Source: Leucoraja ocellata (Eukaryota). From it: a DNA stretch of 64,000 nucleotides. A program made the position numbers and the translations under genes. Positions within the stretch are counted from its first letter, which is position 1, and every line of letters begins with the position of its first letter. Location: NCBI GenBank assembly GCA_036785375.1, contig JAWMAR010000612.1, positions 1-64,000 of the forward strand, in the 5' to 3' direction. The notes beneath the pieces are model-generated. The model worked only from the letters and a program-made list of their open reading frames with translations. It was not told the DNA's origin and made no database searches. Shown here one piece after another: positions 11,851 to 24,355 of this stretch.

Positions 11851-12009
11851 TTAGAAATTGCAGTCTGTGACAGGTGATATTAGATATGCTGTCCATTAAT
11901 TGCAGGTTTCCCTATTTTCAATTGAAGTAAAAAACAGTTCAAAGTATAACCCTCCTTGTGTGCAAGTGTCAGATGAACCTGGAATTAGAATTGGCAGTGA
12001 TATCTTGTA

Positions 12010-12168
12010 AAACATTTATTTCCACAATACCTTTGTTCTCAGGACATCCCAGAGCTGTTAACAGCATGTCATGTTTTTTCCCCAAGTGTAGTCTCATTGG
12101 TAATGTAGAAACAAGGCTACCAATTTCTGCACAACGGGCTTCCACAAGCAGCAGTATTACAGTATAAT
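12010..12168 (-). mobile_element. SacSINE1/Deu-type SINE 3' fragment
   Basis: caggacatcccagagc...gtgtagtc...gtaatgtagaaac...tgcacaac..ttccacaagcagca. Confidence 0.55.
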
Positions 12169-12171
12169 ATT

Positions 12172-12405
12172 CAAAAAGCAAAGTGCTGGATGAACTCAGC
12201 AGGCTGGGCAGCATTTATGGAGGGAAATGAGCAGACAGTGTTTTGGGTTGGGGCTTCAGCCTGATGGAATAGAGAGGAGAACACTTGAGGTGGAGGGGTG
12301 GGGCAAGAACATATCTGTCCATATTCACATGTGCAGCCTGGCCTCTGAGGTCTCCCAACACTGTTTTTGGCTCAAAATTCTAGTATCTGCAGTCATTTGT
12401 GTCCC
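12172..12405. mobile_element. Penelope-derived hairpin element
   Basis: gtgctggatgaactcagcaggctgggcagcat ... gcagcctggcctctgag..tcccaacact inverted arms. Confidence 0.6.
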
Positions 12406-12489
12406 TAATGTTATTATGATGTGCTATTTTATTTGTCACTGCTGTTTTCAGATTAATGTTGTCAAGTGTACTTCAAAGAACTCATGTGA

Positions 12490-12880
12490 AATTCCTATAG
12501 ATATGACTGCCTTTCAGATTAGATGTTTGACATCTCAGATGGATGTAAAGATTACAAAGAATTATTTTAAAGAGCAAGGACATTATCCATAGTGGTGTGG
12601 CCAATACTTGCAGGCAACATCACTGAAAAACAAATTAGCTGTTGTCAAATTCTGATGAAGGGTCTTTGTAATGAATTTTTTTCTCTGTTTCTCCATTGAA
12701 GCTAGCATTTTGTGATCCTATTTCAAATTTCCAGCATCTGCATTTATATGAGGCTTGCTTTGTTAAACTACCATCCATGAGGTCTTGTTGGTTGGTTGTC
12801 ACATTTCTTATTTAACAAGATTGACTGCGCTTCAAATATATTAATGCTTGTGAAAGACGCGGTAGAAATGCAAAACTTTG
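12490..12880 (+). mobile_element. Deu-domain SINE remnant with a nested Penelope piece (~12650-12745)
   Basis: gcctttcagattagatg...gatggatgtaaagat...agagcaagga...tggccaata...aacatcactgaaaaaca. Confidence 0.55.
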
Positions 12881-13934
12881 TTACAATTAACTGCAACTTT
12901 CATGAGAGTCGTCATGACACTTGGATTCTCAAGCCTGCATTAAGTGGTCACACTTTTTTCTTGGACAAATGTCCTTTTGGATAATGAATATCATTAGGAT
13001 CTCGCAACATAAATTCGCTAATGGAAAACAAATGAGCTTCTCCATTGTGTAAACCTTAACACCAATAACCCATAAAATTCCATCACATCATACTATCCTT
13101 TTTACCTGCAATGATTTTGGATAAGCAGTTGAATAAATCCCTGCTTCATTTACTTTGATGGCTTGCTTCAACATTTCTGCATTTTCTGATGAATGGTAAC
13201 TTGCTAAAGGAACATAAACCACGTTAAATACACTTCCCCGTGGGGGGCTCTACTCAGCAGTTATAAAGGGTGTGGAGACCACCTTGAAATTTCTTGCAGT
13301 GTCATGATATTTCTTTCAGCATTGTTCCAGCCTGCCAGCCTCCTCTTTTGGTAAGCTTGCTTTCCTGAATCAAATGACCTAACTCCTGAATTAATTGGAA
13401 CTCTCTTTCCACGGCAGCTATAAAGTGTATATTCGCTAGTTGGTCTCCCTGAGGACTGTGCCTTTAAAACATCATGAATCCTTCTCTTACTGCTGTGCAG
13501 TAAATTTTTTGAGAGATGTGCAAAATTGGATGAAATCCCACTTTGGTGTTTGTTTCTGAGCATAAACCACCCAAACACTGTTTCAAATTGGATTTAGGCC
13601 AATTTTGTGATTTAAAAAAAAATGTTTTTTGTTTCTTTTACATGGGACCCAATTGGGAGTTAGTATGAAATGTAACCATGTTTAAAGAACCAAAAATGGA
13701 TGCTCTCCAGATTTTAGGCATGTGTGCTTCAGCATTTATAGACATTATTTTTGTGGCCTGTATTGATTGCATGTCCTTTCTTTGAGATGCTTTTTTTGGA
13801 GAAGGATGGGGGATTCCAGTCATGCTGTGCCTTGAAATCAATGGTGCTGAATATCAAAGCAGTGTCTATTCAGCAGCAAACCTGACTTCACCTGTTTTGT
13901 GATACTGCCCAAGTCAAATCTCATCCCATTATTT

Positions 13935-14290
13935 CAGGGAGGATTGCCAGTATTGGCTGGTCATTTACCAGGAACATCCATCACATGACCTCCCATCTTA
14001 AATCATCCCGCTCTTAACGCTATTGGTTTAATCATCTTCTCAAAGCCAATAGGAATGCAGGCTGACTTTATTAGCCAATTGGATTCCCCTTGATTGTTAA
14101 TGAGTTGCCCATCGCCAGCAACCTTCGAACCAAATAGAAGTTTTCAAAGAAAATGAAAACAACACAGTTTTTGTTCAATAATCCTGTTTTTTTTTTTTTT
14201 TTGCCCGTTTTTTGCTTCTGGCAATGTTCATCTGTTTAATCTTCAATTCTTGGAAACTCCAGGATAATCTTGGAGTATTGGCAACTTAAT
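13935..14290. mobile_element. Old hAT-like MITE
   Basis: Degenerate inverted ends aggattgcca / tggcaactt; TSD not resolved. Confidence 0.3.
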
Positions 14291-14714
14291 TCAGAGGTGT
14301 GCCAATTTTTCCATCAGTCTCCACTTTGCAGAAAATGACTTGCAGTTCACTGACGCATGCCAAAGAAAAAATTGAATTTGTAGACCCCATTATGCCACGG
14401 TCAAATCCAAATTTCTTCAAATTAATTATTTCATTTTTTTCCACCCCCTAATTGCTTTTGATCTGGGTATTTGATCGGATGTTTCATAGGGCATTTAAGA
14501 GCCAACCGCATCATTATCTCTTTGCCAATTCCAAGCTATGTGCCATTAAGCAAGGACTAAATTAGCACAAACCCCAGACTCACTAAAACTATTGCATGAT
14601 GAACTTAATGGCCTGGCATTGCTGCTGATCCTAATGCATCCACTGGTATGTACAGTTTGATTACTGATGAACAAATACAATTTGTTAAATCAGCAGTGCA
14701 GTTGATGCACAAGA

Positions 14715-15285
14715 GCAACTTCGAGTGGTGCCACTTGTAGATAGGGTGGTGAGGAAGACTTTTGGTATGCTGACCTTCCTCAGTCAGGAAACCCAGTATT
14801 AAAATTGGGAAGTTATGTTTACAAGATGTTGATGAGACCATACTTAGGATATTTGGATAAAGTTTTTGGCACCCTGCTACAGGAAAGATGCCATTACGCT
14901 GAAAAAAGGTGCAGAAAAATTAATGAGGATGGTTCTGGGATTTGAGAGTGAGCTATAGGGAGAGGCAGGCTAAGATTTAATTCCGTGGAGCTGAAGGCTG
15001 AGCAGTGATCTTATGGAGATGTGTGAAAACATGAGGTGAATAGATGAGGTGAATGCACAGAGTATTTTTACAAGGTTGAGGGAATCAATAAGTAGAGGGT
15101 ATATGTTTGAGGTGAGAGGGGAAAGCTTTAATAGGAAACCGGAGTGGCAGTTTTTTTAACACAGACAGTTTTGGATTATGGATCAAGCTGCTAGTTGAAG
15201 CAGGTACAACAACGACATTGAAAAGACCATTTGTGAAGGTACATGGGCAGGAATGATTTATAACTGTGCTGAATGGCCAGTTTCT
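14715..15285 (+). mobile_element. CR1 LINE 3' fragment
   Basis: K.FGML.F, RP.L, PCYRKD.I.L.K, gggaaagctttaatagga. Confidence 0.75.
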
Positions 15286-16364
15286 CTGCTGTATTACTAT
15301 CAGTGCGATGGGGACCATTGCCCAAGCCGCAATGAGATGGGCAGAGCATTGCATACATTGAATATAAGTGAAAAAACATTGCAAAGCAAGTTCAAGTGTC
15401 TGGAGTGTCTGGTGTCTATTATGCAGAAAGCTGCTGAGGTAAACTCTGGGGAGATGTGGTGCCAAGTTGGACTGGGGAGTTGCCACTCTAGCCGTTCCAA
15501 TTACAACCACACCCAGGCTGGGACTGCCAGGGACACGGCTCTTCAGCAGACACTGCTATTGAACAGACGTTTGGGCTATGTTCATTGTAGTGTTTGCCTT
15601 AAATGATCCATTACAGTAGACTTAATGAAGATGCTTCCACTTTGGATGGTGTGTGGGGAGTGGTGGAATATTCCAATGAGGATGGTGCAGGAGGTGAATA
15701 AAAATAAACAAACATAAATTTTAATAATATAAATTTTAATAATTTTGCAATAATGCATGATTTGCGCTCTAGATATGTTCTGAGAAAATTGAGTGCTAAA
15801 TGTGACAGTGTTACATGGGTCATTGTAACATAGCATAAATGGAGATGTGACCCTGGGAAGTTAATTTTAACTTCCTTACTGTTTGCTGCTGCTAACTCTA
15901 TACGCTTTTCCACAATGTTTACTGCTGATGTTTACCCGTTTATTCCATCTCCATTCATGGCTCCAGAATAAAATGTGTTGTGAACCAAAGGACACCCGAT
16001 TCCCCGACCGGAGCTTTGATTTCCCCCCCACCCCTGCAGAGTTATTGCGTTAGATTTAGAATCCAATGTCACATGAATGTGATTCCAGCATGACTGGAGT
16101 CTTTTTACAAGTCAAGGTTGCTTTTGGCTAGGTCTACCCACTTCTTACAGGCAGACGGATTCTGGGAGCAAGTTGGATTGAACTTTTTCTCTGCTTTGTT
16201 GTAGTGTGAGTGAGAGATAGAAAGGGGGAACAGGAGGGAGTCAACTGGATTCAAGGATGAGTTCCAGAGAAAGGTTGCAGTCTTTCTTGGGCTCTTTACA
16301 CTCCTTGTTAGACAAACGAAGAAGAAGTCCTCGAGATCAACTGTCACCTATATTAAAGTGTTGA

Positions 16365-16500
16365 CATCTGAAGGAAGGTTGAGCAGATTAGGCCTATATT
16401 CAAGTTTAGAAGAATGAGAGATGATCATATTGAAACATACAAGATTTTGAAGAGAATTGACAGGGTGAATGTTGAGAAGTTGTATTCTATTTCTGAGTCT
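16365..16500 (+). mobile_element. CR1 fragment
   Basis: E.RLSRLGLY..FRRMR.D.IETYKILK. Confidence 0.65.
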
Positions 16501-17309
16501 TGTATGTGTTACCAATCCTGTGATTCTGACTCCCACTTTGTCAATATTGCCTTTCTTTAGGTATCTCGGCACATTTGCTATCTTTGCCGTCCTTATACTC
16601 CCATCGAAGATCGAAAACAATAAAGTCATTCGGGTACAAAGGTAATGATACATTAATTGCTTTGTTATGCTGAAACCAATGGCACAGTCTGGCATAGTGT
16701 GGTATTTAACAAGAAGATGACCATTTAAATCTAGAGAAACTGAAATCGCATGCATTCTTTAAAGCTCCTCTTAACACCCATATACAGTATCTCCATGGTT
16801 TTATTGAATATGAGATGTTAACCGAGGAGTCAGTCAATGTTCAATGTTGTACGTTGTTAAATAAACTAAACTGAACTGCTTGAATCTCTCAAGCAATGGC
16901 TATGTGAATTGTATTCCGTTGCTGAACTCTAGTTCTGGTATTCCAAGCATTTCAAAGATGCACGATAATTCTTCAAATAATGTCATACAAATACGCATAT
17001 GTCTGGCTTCGATCCAATTTAAATATGCATTGAAAAGGATGAGGAAATTGTCATTTTCTGTTTGACAAAAGTTTACATGGCTTCATTGGAATGTTGAATT
17101 GACCACTTTCATGGTGATATTGTGTTTTGGGTGGTACACAAAAATGCTGGAGAAACTCAGCGGGTGCAGCAGCATCTATGGAGTGAAGTTTTGGGTGATT
17201 TGGTCTGCAATGCTGGCAAATTCTGCACATGGAGCCATTTCTTCCAAATTCTTAGCAATATTTGGCCACAGTCACAATTGGTTGGTTTCATGTTGATGAT
17301 TAATTGAAT

Positions 17310-17556
17310 GCAAGATACAACAAGGAAACGGGCCATTCCACACCACCCATCAATCGCCAATTCACACTAATTCTATGTTTCCCACTTGCTCATCCACTCC
17401 CGACACACCAGGGGCAATTTACAGAGAGGCCAATTAACTTACAAGTCCAAAGGTCTTTAGGATGTGGAAGAAAACCACATGGTCACACAGACAGCACCCA
17501 AGGTCAAGATCAAACCTGAGGCTTTGGCAACGTGAGGCAGCAGCCGAGCCACCGTG
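17310..17556 (-). mobile_element. HE1-type tRNA/V-SINE
   Basis: Antisense B-box (ggtcaagatcaaacc), V-like ggatgtggaagaaaacc, CR1-type tail. Confidence 0.7.
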
Positions 17557-17789
17557 AGGCCAGTATATCTTGCATGTATTTTGGTCATCATCAGTCTTTT
17601 GACGATTTTTCAAAACTACAATTTGTTCATTTCAAATAACTTGTTTCCTTGATAATTCAAAACTTCCGTTGCAGAATGGTTGCAAACCTTTATTTGGACA
17701 TCACACTGCTTTACTCTGAGCGTGAGTGCGTAGGCTTGCTTCAGGATAAAGCAATTATTGATAATAAGTTTCGACAAGGTGGAATTTAT

Positions 17790-18745
17790 TAAATGTTTCC
17801 AAGAAAACTTCCTTAATCAATATGTCAAGGGGACGCAACACTACCTCCTGTTTGGGAACGAGGTTGGGCAAGTGACTCAGTAAAGAAACACTTTGGGACC
17901 AGTGACCATAATTCTGCAAGTTTTAAAGCAGTTACAAAGGGGGGATCTCATTGAAACCTACAGAATAATGAAGGGCTGAGAAGTGGATGTACAGAGGATG
18001 TTTCCAGTAGTGGGGGAGTCTAGGACCAGAGGGCACAGCTTCAGAATAAAAGGATATACTTATTCTTATCATCTTGTGTTGGTATTTGGCAAATTGTTAG
18101 AGGGGATTCTTGGGATAAGATTCACCAGCAGTTGGAAAGGCAAGGACTAATTGGGGAAAGTCACCATGGGTTTCTGCATGGAAAATCCTATCTCATAAAT
18201 TGGGTCGTTTTTCGAAGAGGTCACCAAGAAGATTGCAGAGGGCAAGGTAATAGATGTTGTGTACATGGACTTTAGTAAGGCCTTTGAATAACTCCCACAT
18301 GGTAGGCTAGGTAGGAAGATTAGAGCACACGGAATGGAATGGAAGGTGAGGTAGCTAATTGGATTCAAAATTGGCTTGGAGGAACCAGTGAAAAGTAGTG
18401 GAGGGTTTTGAGGCTTGTGACCAATGGAGTGCCAATGGGATTGGTACTGGGTCCATCGTTGCTTGTTATCTGCAGTAACAATTTGGATGAATGTAGTTAA
18501 CATTGTTATTAAGTTTGCAGGTGACATCAAATTTGCTGATATTATGGATAGTGAAGAAGGATATCTAAATTTACAACATAATCAAGTTCATTTGGGCAGG
18601 TGGACAAAGGAATGGCATATTAAGTTTAACACTGGCAAGTGTGAGGTGTTGCACTTTGGTTTGCCAATCCAAGGCAGGACTCGCACAGTAAATGGTAGAG
18701 TCCTGGAGAGTGCTGCAGGACAGAGATCTGGGAGTACAGGTTTCA
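17790..18745 (+). mobile_element. CR1 LINE ORF2 fragments
   Basis: LGTSDHNS, HGF, DVVYMDFSKAF, KFAGDIK, KFNTGKCEVLHFG, QRDLGV. Confidence 0.85.
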
Positions 18746-18962
18746 GTTAAACAAGACATGTTAATATTCCTCCCTTTGATTGCTGACTACTTACACTGTG
18801 TTTCGGTTAAACAAGGCCTCATTTTAATATTCTCAGCCGGTCTTAAAATCCCTCTTATCACCCCTCCCTCTACCTGTAGTTTTTATCAGCCTTGCAACAC
18901 CCTGAGACATTTGTGCTTCTCCAATACTGGCTTCTGATCATCCGTAAGTTTAAACGCTCCAC

Positions 18963-19260
18963 CGCGGGACTTGAATTGGCCCATTCGCGGGGTCTTTCAT
19001 AGCCCAGTGTGGCATAAAATCGAAACAGCTGCATCGAGGCGATCGAGGCTCCTGATGTTGAAGCTGCCGCCGGCCGATTTTAAGCTGCACCGGGCGGTGA
19101 AAGGCCCCGCGAACGGGCCGATTCAAGTCCCACGATTCAGGGCGGAAGAAGCTGCTGTTGCTGGAGTTCGGAGTCGGTCACCATCCAGTTCAGCTCCCGA
19201 TGTTACCGTCCACAGGGCCCAAGGCCAAAGCCTTGCGTGGTTGTGTATGCGCGTGCACAC
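18963..19260. repeat. GC-rich repeat fragment with a 60-bp inverted repeat (18963-19022 / 19075-19134)
   Basis: Arms match at 50 of 60 positions by manual alignment. Confidence 0.7.
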
Positions 19261-19378
19261 GGCCACCAAGAAACTGTGGCCCCCCCCCCCCAATTGTGTC
19301 CCACCCATATTTTGATAGCGATTTCCACCCCTGTGGACAGGAGAGGTGCCGGAAGACTGTGGGGCGGCAAATGTTGTA

Positions 19379-21025
19379 CAGGTGCACAACCTTTTTATCC
19401 GAAGATCCAAATAACGAAAACCTCCGAATAGCGACATTTTTTCAGTCCTTGAAGAAAGGTCCTTGAAAATGTTCACCGAGGGCGGCCCGCAGAGGTGACA
19501 GCGGAACCTCCGGTCGGTCCTCGAAGAAAGGGGAACTAAAGCCCCATTCATGAAAGAGAAGGTGAGGGTATATTGCGCGGGAGGGTTAATAATTGACAAT
19601 CTGCTGCTGCCTGCCCGCTGAGGTTAAAAAGTTCCCACGGTAGACTCACGATACACAGTGTATCGTGAGTCTTGCGTGGGAACTTTTTTAACTCAGCGGG
19701 CAGCAGCAAATTGTCGCTCCCTTCAGTTTCACCCCACCTACACCCCTCTGCTTCCCGGCCATGTGTGTGACCTCTTCCCTCCCCTCTCCAGCTCCCCGCG
19801 CATTGCACCGGCGCGGGGGCTTTGCACTGTCTTCACGTCGGAGCTAGTGCCAGTCACCAGAGACGTCAGGACCAACGGGACACCGACCCCCAGGCCCACT
19901 GCAAGCACGGAGATCCCAGAGACCCACAGCCAGCAGCAGCCCAGCCCCGTTCCAATTCCAGAGGAACACGCTCTCCGCTGTCCCCGTAGGGACAGAAGCT
20001 GATGGCTCGGGCTGTGACGTCTCTGGCCACCCCCCTGTACAGGAGCTGAGACTGGGAACTGTGGGGTTGTTTGCAGTTGCAGAGGGAGGGGGCAAGGGCG
20101 GTACAGTTCCCAGTCTCAGCTCCATTCTAGGGGGTGACCGGAGACGTCAGGACCAACGGGACACCGACTGCAAGCACGGAGATCCCAGAGACTCACAGCC
20201 AGCAGCAACTCTAGCCCAGCCCCGCTCCAACTCCAGAGGAACCCGGGTTGCGGATGAGGGGGCGCAGCTCGGGCTGTGGGCGAACTGCTACTTGGCGCTG
20301 TAGCGGCGCATTGGGGAGCGGGTTCCTGTTGGTCCTGACGTCTCCGGCCGTCCCCCTGGACAGGAGCTGAGAGACGTCAGGACCACCAGAAGCCGCTCCC
20401 CGACGCGCCGCTACAGCGACAAGTGGCAGTTCGCCCACAGCCCGAGCTGCGCCCCCTCATCGGGACACCGACCCCCAGGCCCACTGCAAGCACGGAGATC
20501 CCAGAGACTCACAGCCAGCAACAACTCTAGCCCAGCCCCGCTCCAACTCCAGAGGAACCCGGGTTGCGGATGAGGGGCCGCAGCTCGGGCTGTGGGCGAA
20601 CTGCCACTTGTCGCCGTAGCGGCCCATCGGGGAGCGGATTCCTCTGGAGTTGGAGGGACAGGAAGACACAGCGGCTTTTGAGAATGGTGGGCAATCACTT
20701 CCAAAGTTCTGCCCACACACTCAGTACACCTCTCCTACACTTGTCTCCCGCACTAAGATCATCTCGCAGAGAAGGATCCCAGCCTAACCCTCCCTATTCT
20801 CTCCTATTCTGCAAGAAAAACCTACATTGAAGACTCAAACTCGCGATCGAGTAACTGCCGGGATCGAGGCGCAAACTCGCATCCTTACGGATACGAGCCG
20901 AGCACTCTACCACTGAGCCAGCCGTTAAAATCTACGCTAAAAATCTTCCATTCCGAAAACCGAAAAATTCTGAATTACGAAAAGTGTCTGGTCCCAAGGC
21001 TTTCGGATAAAAGGTTGTGCACCTG
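19379..21025. mobile_element. Non-autonomous Tc1/mariner (pogo/Tigger-like) DNA transposon, 1647 bp
   Basis: TIRs caggtgcacaacctttttatccgaa / ttcggataaaaggttgtgcacctg; TA TSD at 19377-19378 and 21026-21027; no transposase ORF. Confidence 0.9.
20855..20923 (-). other. tRNA-derived sequence inside the MITE
   Basis: Minus strand GGCTGGCTCAGTGGTAGAGTGCTCGGCTCGTATCCG...TCGATCCCGG: A box, anticodon-like arm and a disrupted B box. Confidence 0.55.
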
Positions 21026-21284
21026 TACCTCTTTTCAAGAAGGGCTGCAGGAAAAATGCTGGGAACTATAAGCTGGTGAGCCTAATATCTGTAGTTGGTA
21101 AGTTACTGTAGAGTGTTCTGAGTGATAGGATATACAGGCATTTGGATGGGCAAAGGCTGATTAGGGATAGTCAGCATAAGACGGGCAATGGGAATTGCTG
21201 GTGACAATCATTTCCAACAATAATAAACCAACATGTCCTTATGCCTGCTTTCTCTCCCTGCTGGATCCTACTGGAATAGAACAT

Positions 21285-21503
21285 TGAACATAGGAAATAG
21301 ATGCAGAAGTAGGCCATTCGGCCCTTCAAGCCTGCACAGCCACTCAATATGATCATGGCTGATCATCCGAAATCAGTACCCTGTTACTGCTTACTCCCCA
21401 TATCCCTTGATTCCATTAGCCCTAAGAGCTAAATCTAACTATTTCCGTTAGCCCTAAGCGCTAAATCTAACTCATTCTGTAACCCTAAGAGCAAAATCTA
21501 ACT
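21285..21503 (-). mobile_element. HER1-type CR1 3' end with 3 tandem ~31-bp copies at its 5' junction
   Basis: aggccattcggcccttcaagcctgcac; (ttagccctaagagctaaatctaact) x3. Confidence 0.85.
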
Positions 21504-22359
21504 CAGAATGCTTGTCTGTGAGTCGGGCAATGAAATAACTAGACCCTGCAGAGAGGGAGAAAGTGCAGCAAAATTAATTATCAAGAAATATAAACATTAG
21601 AAATCTTAAACGACTGACAGGAAACATTGTGTAAATTAAAAATGGTATTGCGTGTTAAAGCAATGTTGTTTGCTTCACAAAGCACAGGATGGAACTTACT
21701 ATTTTTTCCTGATTTTATAATGGAGGTCCGTTGCTTCTGGAAGTGGTATAGTGACGCAATTAAATATTTTCTGCATCAACTGTGCAGCAAACAATTCCTG
21801 ACCTCTGATATGCCTTTCCTTGTTTTCCTACAACTTTGCAATATTAAAGAGATGGGTGTCTGAAACTGGGAACTGGAGCTGGTGGAGAGGGAGTTTAGGG
21901 TTAAGGAAAAAGGAGGCAGAACATGAATCCATGAAAATGAGCTTGAGGGTAAAAAGGGGGCGAAGGAGACAGAAGGAATAGGAGAGGGAGAGTATTGGGG
22001 GGGGGGGGAGGAATAGAAAAGAAGAGAGGGAGGGAAACATGGGAATAAGGAAAAGAGGTTGTTTTTCCTTGACATTACTTTCTCTTGTTCTACTTGGAGC
22101 TTGGTGCAGTCATTGTATTCAATATTAAACTGCGTCTCCAATGAGATAACTCAGGTATTTCATAGAAACAACTATCACATAACCAAGTTACAAAAGGGAA
22201 TATTGCGGCTAGGTAGGCAGAAGTTAAGGAGCTTTTTAAAATAGGGGAGAACATTTCCCTATAACCCTACAATTAATTTAATGTTCAATATGATCTAATT
22301 TCCTCTAGATTCAATCTGCATTAACTGTCTCCAAACATTAGACAGAATGTCAAATCTTT

Positions 22360-22452
22360 GTCTGAAGGGTCTCGACCCAAAATGTTACCCATTCCTTCTC
22401 TCCAGAGATGCTGTCTGACCTGCTGAGTTACTCCAGCATTTTGTGTCTACCT
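22360..22452 (+). mobile_element. Penelope pLTR fragment
   Basis: ctgaagggtctcgacccaaaatg...tctccagagatgctg...gagttactccagcattttgtgtctacc. Confidence 0.7.
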
Positions 22453-22894
22453 ATGTCAAATCCTTGGGTTTATACAGCTGGAGGGTGAACACAGAGATTA
22501 TTCAGAAATAAAAGGCAAATATCTAGGAATGGAATTGGACTGGATGATATTGGTAGTCAACATAAAGCCAAAACTAAAAATTTGAAGAAACGAGAAATGT
22601 TATTGCAATGGTTCTAAGAAAGACGGATTTCAGTCATTGGATTAAACTGTTAATAGCTGGAACTGTTCTTGGAGGAATGTAGATTGACAGAGATGTACAA
22701 GACCTTGATGATTGTTGATAAGGTCAGAGGAATGAAAGCTGATCCCATTAGCGGATAGTTCAATGACCAGGGAGTGCAGAATTAAATTGACAGGCAAACA
22801 ATTCAGTGGTGAGGTGTGGAAAATCTTTGATGTCTGGAGGTACGGTGACACAGGTTTAACCTGGTATTCCATAGGGAATTTGCAGGAAAGTAGA

Positions 22895-23645
22895 CTATTA
22901 TCTGAATGGTGGCTGATTAGGAAAAGGGGAGATGCAACGAGACCTGGGTGTCATGGTACACCAGTCATTGAAAGTAGGAATGCAGGTGCAGCAGGCAGTG
23001 AAGAAAGCAAATGGTATGTTAGCATTCATAGCAAAAGGATTTGAGTATAAGAGCAGGGAGGTTCTACTGCAGTTGTACAGGATCTTGGTGAGACCACACC
23101 TGGAGTATTGCGTACAGTTTTGGTCTCCTAATCTGAGGAAAGACATTCTTGCCATTGAGGGAGTACAGAGAAGGTTCACCAGACTGATTCCTGGGATGGC
23201 AGGACTTTCATATGAAGAAAGATTGGATAGACTCGGCTTGTACACGCTAGAATTTAGAAGATTGAGGAGGGATCTTATAGAAACTTACAAAATTCTTAAG
23301 GACAGGCTAGATGCAGGAAGATTATTCCTGATGTTGGGGAAGTCCAGAACTAGGGGGTCACAGTTTAAGGATAAGAGGGAAGTCTTTTAGGACCGAGTTG
23401 AGAAAATCATTTTTTACACAGAGAGTGGTGAATCTTTGGAATTCTCTGCCACAGAAGGTCGTTGAGGCCAGTTCATTGGCTATATTTAAGAGGGAGTTAG
23501 ATGTGGCTAAAGGGATCAGGGGGTATGGAGAGAAGGCAGGGATGGGATACTGAGTTGGATGATCAGCCATGATCATATCGAATGGCGGTGCAGGCTCGAA
23601 GGGCTGAATGGCCTACTCCTGCACCTATCTTCTATGTTTCTATGT
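22895..23645 (+). mobile_element. Young 5'-truncated HER1-type CR1 LINE (ORF2 C-terminus, ORF 22932-23390)
   Basis: QRDLGV..HQSLK..QVQQAVKKANGMLAFI..RPHLEYCVQFWSP..PGMAGLSYEERL; (tttctatg)n tail. Confidence 0.95.
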
Positions 23646-24264
23646 TGAAGGTAAAATAATTGTAGAGTTATGGGGAAAGAGTGGGCCAATGTGACTGACT
23701 GGATTATGTTATGAGAAACCAACATAAATTCAAAAGGCACATGCCTTCATTCTACAGTCATGATTCTAAGACAGTTAATGCTGTTAACTGGTCAAAAAAT
23801 GCTCCTTCTCGTCTGGTTGGAATAAGAATAAACAGGACATTCCTGTTGACAAATACAAATACGTCCGGAACTGGTTATGGATGCAACAACCTGTTTATCT
23901 CAACAGTGAAAATCAAGACTGATAAGTGAACAGTCAGCGGTTGTAAAAAATAAACATCCTCTAAAACAGGCTGAATAATAGCAACACATGATCTTGAGGA
24001 TAGTGGATGACGCAACAGATTAGACATTGAGTCTCTCTCTTTTGGGGCTTGGGTTCAAATACTCCCCAGACACAGGATGGGAGACCTCTTATCTTTTATG
24101 TGATTTGGGTTCCTAGTTCTCCCAATAGGTCTGGACCAGATTAGGTTCTGAACATTAGTATGAAGTAAGAAAGCAAGGTTCAGGATACTCAGTGTTCTGT
24201 CCAACCAGTGAAACAACATTTTGAAATATAGTCACAGCTGTGGTGTTGGAAACGTGGTAAACAA

Positions 24265-24355
24265 TTGAAGCACAGCAAGATCCCATAACCAGTGATATAA
24301 CGAATGGCCAATAAACCTTTTAAAGTGATGTTGATAAAGGGTTAAAATTTGGCCC
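24265..24355 (-). mobile_element. Deu-domain SINE fragment
   Basis: gcacagcaagatcccataac...gtgatgttgataaagggttaaaatttggcc. Confidence 0.55.

Larger units (their letters stand above)
19335..21178 (+). mobile_element. CR1 RT fragment (19335-19378 plus 21028-21178) split by a Tc1/mariner MITE
   Basis: Joining the flanks restores GEVPED..AANVVPLFKKG...GNYKLVSL.SVVGKLL. Confidence 0.85.

Noticed and set aside
13320-13350. Possible micro-exon (ctttcag...gtaagc)
   Set aside because: Splice-like signals only; no recognisable peptide or partner exons.
15253-15606. 117-aa Cys-rich ORF
   Set aside because: It starts inside a CR1 tail and has no recognisable domain; at best a decayed ORF1-like remnant.
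19860-20650. Repeat array and GC-rich ORFs read as CRISPR or a gene
   Set aside because: The units are long and rearranged with no unique spacers; the ORFs are by-products of high GC content inside a MITE.
20855-20923. Functional tRNA-Thr(CGT) gene
   Set aside because: No acceptor stem and a disrupted T arm; kept only as tRNA-derived sequence.
21890-22060. Purine-rich tract with a G run
   Set aside because: Ordinary low-complexity sequence.
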